Positions 1 through 11,518 of a stretch of DNA of 64,000 nt are shown here, piece by piece (the stretch's first letter is position 1; the number at the start of each line of letters is the position of its first letter). Position numbers and translations under genes: made by a program. This stretch comes from Tubulanus polymorphus (lineage: Eukaryota > Animalia > Nemertea). The stretch is taken from contig NC_134026.1 of NCBI RefSeq assembly GCF_964204645.1, forward strand, positions 25,206,150 to 25,270,149, read 5' to 3'. The notes beneath the pieces are model-generated. The model was not told the origin of the DNA. It ran no database searches and saw only the letters and a list, made by a program, of their open reading frames with translations.

Positions 1-825
1 ATATTTTTGTTGTTGTTTAATAAAGTGATAAAATGCTGTGAATGCTTAGTGTTTTTGCTGTTTGGTTAGGAGGATACGTCTTTGTGAAAGGAAAATCCAA
101 CCATCATGAGCATCTTGCATTTTGAGGAAGTATCAAGTATGGGATAAATATCTACATGTATAACATGTAAACGATGCTGTGGGAAACAAATTTCTGTTTC
201 AGTTGAAATAGTTAATTATTAACGGCAGCAGGCTTAAATCATCGCTTCACGTCTTCCAGGTATTCATCACTCCTGTAGATCCAGATCTGAAGGATACACT
301 AGGTGCATTAAGAGAATAAGAAGATATTTTTAAGTATGTAACACACGTGTAGTAGTGGGGTCGTAGAATGTAACTAATTACATTCACTCAATCGCAAGTA
401 CGCATTGTCTTTCATTCTAGAATTGCGGAATTGCTAACTTGAACATCTGTAACAAATTTTTCAAAGCGAATTAATCGGCACTGCATCGATTAATGCACTA
501 CTTCAGAAACTAAGAATGGAGAGAAATATATTCAACCCATAAAGTATTAAAACTGTCAAGAATTTGATGCCATATTACATCGTGGTTCCACATCTAGAAT
601 GTACCCAACGTTCACGGAATCTCGCCGAGACAACACAATTACAACAGTTTAAACAATAGTTAATTACTTCTACGTGTTTACTTGAAATATTGCACGCACA
701 ATAGGACGACTTGTGAATATCTCATGAATATTATATTTCATTGACATAGGCTTTACTATTAAACCCCAAATACACCATATCCGCATTCACAGTTTCCCCA
801 GTCATATCGAATTCTCAGTCAAGAT

Positions 826-2046
826 ATGCAGCTTACCTTTCTACTACGTATGATTCCATTGTGGATGATGATTGGAAAATGTTTTTCGGCCACCACTTTT
901 GTCGTCGTCCCTAACTTTCACTTGATTACCAGAAATGTTTCGTCCGATGGAACGTCACGGATACTGAGATGTGCAACTTTGTGTTCGATAAATGGAAAAT
1001 GTAATTATTTTGCTGCCGATGAGGTGAATTCGTGTGGTGTACCTCATGAGAATTATAGGGATATCATTCTACTTCAAAAACAGCCCCTTTCCAATATGCA
1101 TTCATTTATAGATGCTACTTTTCTACGAAGTAAGTTTTACATTCTTTAATTCCGGAATGGTAGTTAGTCTATACTGAGATATTGGTAAGAGAACCGCGAT
1201 CTTAAATTTTTAGGTGCATGGATTCTCGTTTTCATATCAAGTACCGGTGGGCCCTGGTCACGGGTAGAGAATATATACGAAGCATGGTTGGGTCCAGTTT
1301 CTGGACAGGTACCACCTCAAGGGGGCGTTGCAAAAAGATGTTTGTGCACTTGGAAAAGTTCACTTATCGACCAATGGACCTCGCTTAATGTCAAACGAGT
1401 AAGTAGACCTAGATAGTTGTAGTCAGACCAGAATGTGAATATGACCTCGTTACATTTATCAATAACAATCTTTTTTGAAAAAGGTAAAGCTTAGTTTATT
1501 TGAAACTGATGCTGAGGTAGCCTACGTTGAGTTTGATGGATTAGGTTCGAATGAAACGAACTGGTTTACTAGCGATCGGTTGATGGCTTCATCTTGGGAA
1601 GATTTGACCAATTCGACCACCGACGTTTTTAGAATGGACGGGCCGTAAGTTGACCAATAATCGGTCGATATTTGTTCAATCATATCTTGAAAAATGTGAT
1701 ATTTCCTGAGAAAAACTAAAATATATATCTTTAGTTCATTCATTTTCTAGTTATCAACGCAATTTCGTTATTAGCCATTCGATGAGTGGCGATTGTATGT
1801 CTTCGACTGCCGTATGGATGATCGTCGCAGATTATGACAGTGACTTAACACGCATTGGACCATGTACATACGACAGAGCAATCTATGCTCCGCGTATTTA
1901 CTATTCGCCTTCGACCAAGATGGGTAATTAGAATGTATTCTATAAGCTAATGAATGTTGAAACATTGTTAAAACTAAGTTTTCATCGTTTCAGATATATC
2001 AACATTACGATCAGCTCAACAGATGGCTATTTATGTTAAAATCTGA
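826..2046 (+). CDS. Secreted protein (~291 aa): signal peptide, PAN/apple-like Cys module, uncharacterised invertebrate C-terminal domain (paralog A)
   Basis: Five exons splice in frame with GT-AG: 826-1129, 1214-1398, 1484-1644, 1751-1923, 1994-2046 (876 nt, TGA). PAN-like RCATLCSINGKCNYFAADEVNSCG. C-terminal motifs WILVF, YEAW, WKSSLIDQWTSL, VKLSLF, NWFTSDRLMASSWEDL, QMAIYVKI*. Intron positions and phases match the paralog at 8074-9554. Confidence 0.88.
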
Positions 2047-2065
2047 GATTCGAATACATAGAGCT

Positions 2066-2268
2066 AGAATCCCACACGGATATAACGAGGAAGATGAAGT
2101 CTGAAAGTTTTCATTAAAGCTAATAATCTATTGATGTTTCGACGTTTCGACTATATCTATAGTCATCTTCAGGAATCAATCAATGAATTATTCGAATCAA
2201 TATTTTATTAGCTTAAAGGAACTTTTCGGACTTCATCTTTCTTTCTCGTTATATCAGTGTGGGATTCT
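2066..2268. mobile_element. Imperfect inverted repeat (~75-bp arms), probable Penelope-like-element pLTR or retrozyme-type relic
   Basis: Left arm 2066-2140 AGAATCCCACACGGATATAACGAGGAAGATGAAGTCTGAAAG...AAGCTAATAATCTATTGAT matches the reverse complement of right arm 2194-2268 (AGAATCCCACACTGATATAACGAGAAAGAAAGATGAAGTCCGAAAAG...AAGCTAATAAAATATTGAT). The spacer carries a hammerhead core. Confidence 0.7.
2130..2180 (-). ncRNA. Minimal type I hammerhead ribozyme motif
   Basis: Minus strand reads AUUGAUUC-CUGAAGA-U-GACUAU(AGAU)AUAGUC-GAAAC-GUC-GAA(ACA)UCAAU. This gives the CUGANGA box, a perfect stem II, the GAAA box, a palindromic vestigial stem III (ACGU), a GUC cleavage triplet and a stem I with a 3-nt bulge. 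Confidence 0.72.
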
Positions 2269-2525
2269 CTTAATGGTTCGATTAGAATATCCAACAATAG
2301 ATCTATGAATCGTTCACCTAAAGGTTTCTGGTTTCAAAGGGTCAATTCGTATTATCCACTCGAAACAGCATGGAACCCTCGATATATCGACATATGTTTT
2401 ATTGCCTATAAGCTAGATATTCTTAATTGTCTAAGTATAGTTATAATTAATAAATCATGCTCTTTTTGCATCCTTGAAAAACGATGAAGTAGTTGATCAA
2501 TTCCATCTGTCGTTTGGTTCGTGTG

Positions 2526-2532
2526 TATAAAA
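2526..2532 (+). promoter_or_regulatory. Putative TATA box of the VWD-C8-TIL gene
   Basis: TATAAAA about 85 nt upstream of the ATG at 2614. Supported by position only. Confidence 0.4.
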
Positions 2533-2613
2533 CATTGGGAGTCTAACTTTGGGCCGTAGAATCCGCAGGTGAAGGCTCTGAAATAATTATTTAGAAAAAG
2601 TTCAGGAGTCACG

Positions 2614-5600
2614 ATGCAGGGAAGTACTGTATCTTTATTTGCTTTAGTCATTATCGCAATAGGAATGACAGGTAAATAGGATATATAGGCATAGTTTCAA
2701 TCTTTCATGAGAATGAACTGGGAATTGAATTCAAAGAATGAGCATTTTTCCTTTACGTAGGTGTTACAGCTCGCAGGAAAAGCAACAGTAAGTGATATTT
2801 GAAGGTATAAATTGGTGTTTTTTATATATACGTGCTGTATTTCATCTAAAACGATGGTTCACTATTACAATTTAGGGTGCTATTGTGGAGCGAGTGGTGA
2901 TCCTCACTTCAGGTCATACGACGGATACGCCTTCACTTTCATGGGGGTTTGCAAGTATACGTTGTCAAGGTCACAATTGGAGGATGACGATACTTGTTCT
3001 TTTGAGACAGAAGTTAAGCTAGACAATGTACCGAATCCGAAAAAACGACCCATTGTAACCTTCGTTCGTTTGGTAGATATCAAAATGAAGAATATGTTTA
3101 TTCGATTCGAGAGGAAGGGAAGAACATGGAAAAATCGCGGATTGAAAGCGTCGGTGAGTAAATCATGCTACTCATTATGGACTTCTGAAACAAGTACAAA
3201 TTAACAAAATGACAGAATTTTGTCCCAATATAACCCGCTTATTTGGAATTTTCCCCTGAGTGAATCTAGGTTTTTTAGCATACATTTAATCTTTGAATCT
3301 TCGCACGTTATTACTCATTTCACAGAATAATGAACCCATGTTTGATGCTACCGCTTTTAATATATTATTAGAGAATTATACACGTTCGTATCATTAAAGT
3401 ACAAATCATATTTATTGCCCAGCGTCTGAGAAACTAATGGCCCATCTATGAGAATCTAATTTTCCAGGTAGATGGAAAACCGATACGGTTTCGGTATACC
3501 GATCGTCCGAAGCACATTCGAATCAGATATGCTGGTTCGAGATTTATATTTGACGACTACGAATGTGGTGTACACGTCAAATACGACGGCTGGACTAAAG
3601 TGTCCATATCTGTACCGAAGCAGAAATATGGTGGCAAGTTGTCCGGTTTATGTTTCGATTGCAACGGCGATAGAAAAAATGACGGGTTGTTGTTGAATGG
3701 TGAAAAGCCACCGAGGAACATGAATTCACGACAGAAAGCGGAGTTCATGGCTGATAGCTACCGAGTAACTGATGATTCTGGATACAAAGTGTAGGCTATA
3801 CCGTTGGAACAATTGGTGCAGTCGTAATTGTATTTGTGCTCTAAAATTATGCAACTGAAATTTTTCAGGTGTAAAACTTCAGTGCATCCGAGTAAAACTT
3901 CAGCTATGAAAGTGGAAACACCAAAGCTCACTGGCAATAACAAAGTACCTTTGTATCCAATGTTGACCGATGAGGAATTCACGTGTAAGAACCGCATGAA
4001 GCTAGCATTTTTCGCGGGCAAATCTCTATGCGGCATGCTCACACATCCGACGGGTGTATTCGCCGAATGCAGCGCAAAATTAGGGGAAACCATGATCGGA
4101 AAATTCTTCAAGAGCTGTGTTTTTGACGCTTGCTCCAGGGAAAATGAGTTAGTTGAAGCTAAGGAAGCTGCGTGTACGATTCTTACTAGCATGGTCGTGA
4201 AATGCTCGAAACTTGACGTGAAGATAAAGCCATGGCGAAAAAGTTACCTCTGCCGTAAGTAGCCCAAAAATAAATAAGGAAATTGGTAGACAGGATTGTA
4301 TTTTTCTTTATTTGCAAATACAGCTGTCGATTGTGGGGAGAATTCTGAAGTATCAGAGGAAGCTAATCCCTGTCCTGCAACATGTGAAGACCAGAATCCA
4401 AATCAGGAATGTGATATGATGCCAACTGAAGGCTGCCAATGCAAATCAGGCTACGTTCTGCATGAAGATGTTTGCATAAGTCCCTCAAGCTGTCGTAAGT
4501 ATCAATATATTGAAATCAGGAAAATAACTATACCAAAGTCTATACTAATAGCAAACTAACTGTTTCTCATGAATCTTTTTTGATTTATCTTAACCCTATG
4601 ATTATTTTTGAAGCACCCCTGAAATGTGATGCCGGATTCAAATTACAAGGAAAACGATGCGTTTGTACGTAAATATGATGGAAATTACATCATTACACAT
4701 ATATATCGTTAACATGTATGAATTCATCAATTTTTCCGTGCGATTTTAGCAATATGTGACACGTCCATGGGTTTGGACTATAATCCAAAAACCAACAAGT
4801 GCGAATGTAAGACAACTTCTCAGTCTAAACCTGATTCAAATTCAAATCGAGAATAGATATTACCTGAATTATATTTCTTAATGTAGCATCATGCAAAGCT
4901 GGCTTTGTCTGGAAATCTGGAGAATGTTCACGTAATTAACTGCCCTTTCTTGATTATCATTACTACCGGTATTTTGATATAATATGATATTAAAATCATT
5001 TCATTCGATTTATCATTTAAAGCTAAATGCAAGCACCCTTATGTCTGGAATGATCAAAAAGGAGAATGTAGACGTACGTATAGTGTGTAAACTCTCAAAG
5101 TATCACTATGAGTGATAATTTAAGTGTTGGGTCGTAATACTGTACCTAAATTTTCAGCGTATAATGAATGTCACTCACCATTAATATGGAATGATCATGC
5201 GAAACAATGCTTAAAACGTAAGTGACGAACTTTTTTGTATAAAGGCCATAGAAAGCTAATCAGCGATAATTTGGTTCGATTTTAATTCTTTTAGCTACTC
5301 AACTTCAGCCCCAGTCACCACAGAATCCAAATGATGTAAATCCCCAAATTGTCAACATTAAAGAGAAGCAATCTACAGTAGAAATTCCTTCTGGAACAGG
5401 TGATCACAAGTTGCATTCCTCTGCAGTATAAAAGTATAAATACGATAGTGACTTACACCAAAAATTCATAAAGACTAAGTCTTTATGAATTTTTGCTTAC
5501 ATGTACAATATGCTTGGATTTTTAGGATGCCTATGCGTAGTTGAAGGTGATCCGCATTACCATACCTTCGATCACGAACGCATCGTATTCCAAGGTACGT

Positions 5601-6988
5601 GTAGATACCTACTGACTCAAAGTCGTTTGTCATCCGATGAGTGTGGTTTCGCCGTTGAGGGAAAGAATGCCGCCCGATGGGGAACGAAGGTTTCCTTCTT
5701 AGAGACTGCTTATGTCAAACTATTTGGCGTGACAATCACACTTTTGAAAGATAAATCGTTCAAAATAGACGAAGGACCTACGCACGATCAAGGCTCATAC
5801 CATGATCCACAAAAGCGATTCAAGGTATTCATATATCGTCACTAACATATATTTTAGATATTTGCAATATTCCTTATCCATTTTTCGTTTTACCTTTCAC
5901 TGTAGATTCGACCCAGCGGAAAATATATTCTAGTGGACGCCCTTGATACGTGCGGTGTCTATGTAGAGTGGGATGGCGATGCAGAGCTGAGAATCCGCTT
6001 GGCTGATAAGTATAAAACACATCTGAAAGGGGTATGCGGGAACTGTAATGGTGACCCAAGCGACGACTTCACGACAGCTCTAGGCAAGGACGTCAGTAAT
6101 CAAAAGGAAACCCGTGATGACTCAGTTCTCAACAGCTTCATGGTTAATGACGAAGAATCAAAAGATGAAAAGTAAGCATTTTTTTGGTGTGTAGATAGTA
6201 AGTATGGAGAGCCAATATATTAGTCTAGTTCTTATTAATTTCAGATGCGTGGTACCCAAAGCAGAAACTCAAATTAAATGCCAGGACCAGGCAAAGAATA
6301 ATTTTGTCAGGAGCACTTCGCTTTGTGGTATCATCATTGATAAATATGGCCCATTGAAATCGTGCATGGAAGTCGCGGATGAAGCGCAAGATTATTTCGA
6401 CAGTTGTTACTACGATAGTTGTGCGTTTGAAAATGACATGGCAAAACTCGTTGAAACCGCTTGCAAATCTGTACAAGCATACGTTGATAATTGTGAAACT
6501 AAAGAAATCCAATATACTGCATGGAGAAATGTTGATCTATGCCGTAAGTATTGTATCATAGGTGTATCAATTACCTCAATGACTTCGTTTTTCACAAGTA
6601 AATGACATTCCAATCTTGACTGATGCTCTATTAAGGATCACAATTATTCTCTATACCCGATAGCCATCACATGCCCTCCAAATTCCACTTTGGTAAAAAA
6701 TGCGAGTGGCTGCCCAGCAACATGTCAAGACCGACAACTAAGTCCGGCTGCTTGCGACGTCGAATCCAAGGACACGTGTGACTGTAACGAGGGATATGTG
6801 CTACACAAGGGGAAATGCATCAAACCTCAAGATTGTAAGTATGCTCTTCTTCCAGGCACATTAATTTTATCGTGTTTCGCCACTTATTACTAGCAGGAGA
6901 CAACAGGCTTACGATATCCTTAATAGTGATATTGTTTACAATGAACAATATATGTTTTCTATTTTGCATTCCAGGTCCCAATCGTTAG
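2614..6988 (+). CDS. Secreted IgGFc-binding-protein/zonadhesin/mucin-like protein (~886 aa): SP-VWD-C8-TIL-(5 two-Cys mini-modules)-linker-VWD-C8-TIL
   Basis: 17 exons splice in frame (2661 nt): 2614-2671, 2761-2787, 2876-3153, 3468-3790, 3869-4254, 4324-4494, 4614-4664, 4750-4806, 4887-4931, 5023-5073, 5158-5217, 5295-5399, 5526-5824, 5906-6171, 6245-6543, 6664-6834, 6975-6988. Signal peptide MQGSTVSLFALVIIAIGMTGVTA. VWD motifs CGASGDPHFRSYDG...GLCFDCNG and CVVEGDPHYHTFD...GVCGNCNG. C8 motifs SCVFDAC...PWRKSYLCP and SCYYDSC...AWRNVDLCP. TIL motif CPATC...C-x-C..GYVL...C twice. Confidence 0.92.
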
Positions 6989-7202
6989 GATGTGATGGAA
7001 AATCCAACATTACACGTTCAAGTTAGATCGATGCTGTATTTCGATTCAAATGATTCATTTACAAGCGAAGCGAATACAATATATCTTTATCGGAACTTTT
7101 AAAGATTATGTATAATTATATTTTGATGCCTTTTTCGAATTCCAGTTTCTCTTGTAGCTATGTAGCCATTTTGATCATTTACATCATGTCTGCGTGTACA
7201 CA

Positions 7203-7348
7203 AATCTATGGTGAAATCATTGCGAAGAAACACGAAGAAACGAAGGTTCATTTCTGCGCTCCTTTTGGCGCGTTTCTGCGCGGTAATTTTCGTATCTTCG
7301 GATGCAGAAACGAAGCAATATATCTTTGCATGGCGTATTGCATAGAAT
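7203..7348. mobile_element. Decayed foldback/MITE-like relic
   Basis: Nested imperfect inverted motifs: ATCTATG...TGCGAAGA against TCTTTGCA...CATAGAAT at the ends, CGAAGAAACGAA against TTCGTATCTTCG, and CGTTTCTGC against GCAGAAACG. Confidence 0.35.
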
Positions 7349-8073
7349 ATTTTTCGTCTTAACTTGGCCCGATTCAGCCACCATACAAATCATCTAATTC
7401 TTGAATTAATGTATGTACTATTATCTAGAATTTCATTTGGGATCGATTTTTGCGATATTTCGCCTAATCTTTTGAACACATACCTCGATTTGGTCATAAT
7501 ACGACCATTTATAATGATCGTGTGTAAAACGGATAGATATTTAACGATTGAACGAAGGTTTATTCAGATTGCGTAGTTTCACTGGTCGTATTAATTCGTG
7601 TTCAAACCGTCAAGCGAAATATGCCAAGAGAAATGCTCGTGAAATCACGGGCCCAAAACTCTGGAGAGACGAAATTTGTTGTGTAATGCCCATGGGCAGA
7701 TGTGTCATGAGCGTGATGTAGATAAAATTGTACATTGCATGTCAAATATCAATACAAATTTCTGTTTTTCCGGAGATTGCCAATATGGACTAACTCTTAT
7801 TTCAACATTCACTAAATGAAATATTCATACAACTCATTGGCAATGACAATAGTCATTTCAACCATAGTTTTAGATGTCACCGCAATATTTAATGATTTAT
7901 GGCTCGCCTCGCGTTACAAAACTTGAAGCTTGCCGATATTTCTGCAACGAAATGGATATGGATTTTAATTTGTACCGTGCATATCCTTTTGAACAGAGTG
8001 CAGTGCGCGTGATGGCTAAAGCGCATTTTCAAATATAGGCCTGGTGTTGATGACAGTGAAACGATTAACAACT

Positions 8074-9554
8074 ATGTATAAGATGTACAAATTCATTTCA
8101 ATTTTGGTACTTTACACTTGTTTCATGGCGAGCATACCGACTCTTCAGATATCTACATATTTCGCCAGTGATCATAGATTCAGTTTAGTGACCAAAAATC
8201 TTCCGATAGCAGAAAAGAACGTTTTTCGATGCGCTACCATATGTCTACTTAAAGGAAGGAACTGTATTTATTTCACATACGATGAGGTCTCCGGATCGTG
8301 TGGAATTCCATTCGTTAATTACACGAATGCTATTTTAGCTCAGCAAGCATCCGTCCCTAGTACAGTTTTCAATTACGTTGATATAGCACTTCGCAAAGGT
8401 ACGTGAAATGATCCTAATAATTCATGTTGACCACAGTAATATTAGGTACAAATAGATGGGTGTATTAAACGGTTTCAGATTCTTGGTTCGTTGTATTCAT
8501 GGCAAGTTCTGGGATCGGGGAAAGTGTTTACAAGGCTTGGTTAGAACCAGCTACTGGCTCTGTTCCACCAGCAGGGGGCGTGGAAAATAACTGTTCGTGT
8601 ATTTGGAAAAGTTCTTTAATCGATCGTTGGACTTCGCTCCCCATAAAACAAGTACGTTTTTTACCGCGTGCAAATTATAATAGTATGATATCAATGATGA
8701 TAATGATAATGAAATAAGTCTTATTTGATGTCAACTTTATATTACCAGGCAAAACTAAGTTTTTACAAAGATCAAAAAGAAGTTGCCTTCCTTGAATTCA
8801 ATGCTACTAGTTCGGATAATATCAACTGGTTCGCCAAGAACAGACTTATGAATTCATCATGGACTGATTTAAGTCGGACGGCAACGACTAATGTTTTCTC
8901 AATCGAAGGAGGGTAAAGAATCATTATCTTATCTGACATATAAACATTCAGTTCTCGACACTATGTGGTAAAATGATCTCAAAACACCTTAATCTTTCCT
9001 TCAGTGCATTTCTTTTTGGGTAGGAATGATTTTTTTTATAATGATAGTAATCTACGTAAAAATGATGATGATTTATGTAGAAATATAACACCTAAAAACT
9101 AGCAAGTGCGTTTTCATTTAAACTTCTTGATTGTTTGATGTTATACTAGAACAACTGCAATAATACTGGAACTGAATATAAGATGCATACAAATCCTCAT
9201 CGATAAAATCCAGGAAAAAAAAGTTTCCAAACTTATATCATCTCTTTTAGCATATTTGGTCAAGATGTTCAACGCAGATTCTATATTAGTTCATCCTATT
9301 ACGGATGTGCCGGTGATAAGATGTGGATTCTAGTAGAAGACCCCATAGTCCCTGGCCCATATACCTGCAGTTACGACAACGGTCCAGAATTCCCTATGTT
9401 ACTCTACTCACCGCAGTCTTCTATGTCAAGTGAGTAAAAAACTATGGGTATGAATTAAAGAGATGATAATAACTTTCCATTCGAATCCATTCATATTTCA
9501 GATGGACCATCACTGAAGCACGCCGATCAAATGGCGGTCTACATTCGAATGTAA
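8074..9554 (+). CDS. Secreted protein (~297 aa): signal peptide, PAN/apple-like module, uncharacterised invertebrate C-terminal domain (paralog B)
   Basis: Five exons: 8074-8398, 8479-8651, 8749-8912, 9251-9429, 9502-9554 (894 nt, TAA; alternative start at 8083). PAN-like RCATICLLKGRNCIYFTYDEVSGSCG. Motifs WFVVFMASSGIGESVYKAW, WKSSLIDRWTSL, NWFAKNRLMNSSWTDL, RRFYISSSYYGCAGDKMW, QMAVYIRM*. Confidence 0.9.
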
Positions 9555-10724
9555 TACAAATGACTTGATTAATTGATAAACTGGGGGATGCTTGTTCTGA
9601 AATGTATTAGTGGATATTTACAGGATAGCGACAGTACAATATTAGGAGATTACAGGATATTGGCATAGCATTTCGAAATTCATTTGAATACATGGCTCCA
9701 GTTTGTTGTGAATGAAAGAACATTACGCTAGAAAATGGTTTTTATACATTGCTTAATACATGCGTTATTTATCGGGAGTGTGTTCGTCGATATGAACTAC
9801 GGCATCAATATTAGTGTCTATTAGTGTCTATATATATATATATATCCATGATTCAAGTCGATATGTTAAAATTCATATTCAAATTAACTAATGCACCACA
9901 TTATCATAGTATAATATTCGTTAAATTTGTTTCATTGACGACAATATAAGCAATACATATGTATAAAATTAAGTTTTCTTGACTTTTTTGGTCTGACCGT
10001 GTTTGTTATCAGGTTTTGAAAAGTTAGAACATGAGTGACATGTGTTAGAAAATGTTTAAATGGAAATATATCGGAAGTCGGTTTACCAGTCTGTAGGTAC
10101 TTGTCTACTCAAAATATACACCGGTGTCCTATAAACATAAATAGAAAATGAATAAACGATGTTTCTGAGGGCTACAAAAAATGAAATCGTCGTCAGAATG
10201 ATGCCGTAAAGAACGAATTGTTCATCCAATTTTCGATCCATTTCAAAACGAGAAAAGGTTGTGGTGAAAAAGGTGTGGTTAGGTACTCATCACGTTTTAA
10301 ATCTTCCGTCTGTGAACAATTTCTTTATAAATTGAAGTCCACATTTCATCTATTCAAAAACATTTGCAGCAGGAAAAATAAGAAAAAACCGAGTATGAGA
10401 TGTGATTTGGTAGGCCTATTGATTACCAATATACATAACCCAATTCAATAAATGTGTTAAGTACATTTTATGAAATCGGAGATTTCAACGAGAATTACAG
10501 TATGTTAGATACGGTACACACATTGATTGAATTGATAAGAACTGCCTTAATGAATTACGCAGGCGCATTTACTTTGCAGGCCTATAGCCAATTATCAGAA
10601 TCAAATATTTAAATTTCCAGTTATCGAACGTATCAAATCAGCTGATAGCTGATGATAAACCAATTTAATAAAAGCAGAATTTCGATTCTGGTCCATACCT
10701 CTCCGAGACTCTAGTGAAAACACA

Positions 10725-11499
10725 ATGAAATCCTTTATCATACTAGCATTTTTGACGACAGCTGTATACGCAGGTTCGTGAATTTCTCAAATTCATGAAA
10801 CCCTAGCTCCCAATCACTTGATTTTCAGCACGAATATTGATTTTCAGAATCGAAGTGTGAAAAGGAAAGAAGAGTTAAATTGCAGCTCATCAATAATGGC
10901 CAACGCTACGGAGGTATAGGAGGTGTCCCCGCGTGTAAGGACGATGGTACCTACTTCCGTGTACAGTGTGTGGGACCTAGGTATCAATCTCACTTCTCAA
11001 TAGATAAATATTCTCTTTCAGTAAAGAAGACAATTCCGGATTGTAACAAAACACTCGATACGCCTTCGACAAGATGGACGTTTTACTTTTGTTTCAATGC
11101 TTTTTGATTTTCTCTTTAGTGGTTGTCGTTGTGTGACTAAGGATGGGGAACAAATCGATAGATATCATGTCAGCATAGTTCATATGATGGATATGAATTG
11201 CAGTAAGTAGCCTCAGAAGAGAGGTCTTTATAACACTTGACGAAATATATCCACCAGATTTCTATTAGAATGGTTACATCAATTATATAACAACACTTTT
11301 AGATTGTGCTCGAGACAAATTCGAAAACCAAAAACTAGGTTTATTAGGAAAAACATTCCGATGCAACCAGATGGGTAACTATGAGAGTGTACAATGTCAC
11401 GGTTCTCGGTGTTTCTGCGTCGACAGACTCGGTGATCAGATGCCTAATACCAAAGTAGTACATGTAGGTGAAATTGAAACTTTAGAATGTCTTTTATGA
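10725..11499 (+). CDS. Secreted two-domain thyroglobulin type-1 repeat protein (thyropin/equistatin/saxiphilin-like), ~153 aa
   Basis: Exons 10725-10773, 10848-10980, 11120-11202, 11303-11499 (462 nt, TGA). Signal peptide MKSFIILAFLTTAVYA. Tg1 signatures VPACKDDGTYFRVQCVGPSGCRCVTKDGEQI and FRCNQMGNYESVQCHGSRCFCVDRLGDQM. Confidence 0.92.
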
Positions 11500-11512
11500 A
11501 ATTATGAAGTTC

Positions 11513-11518
11513 AATAAA
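11513..11518 (+). terminator. Polyadenylation signal of the thyroglobulin-repeat gene
   Basis: AATAAA 13 nt after the stop codon. Confidence 0.55.
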
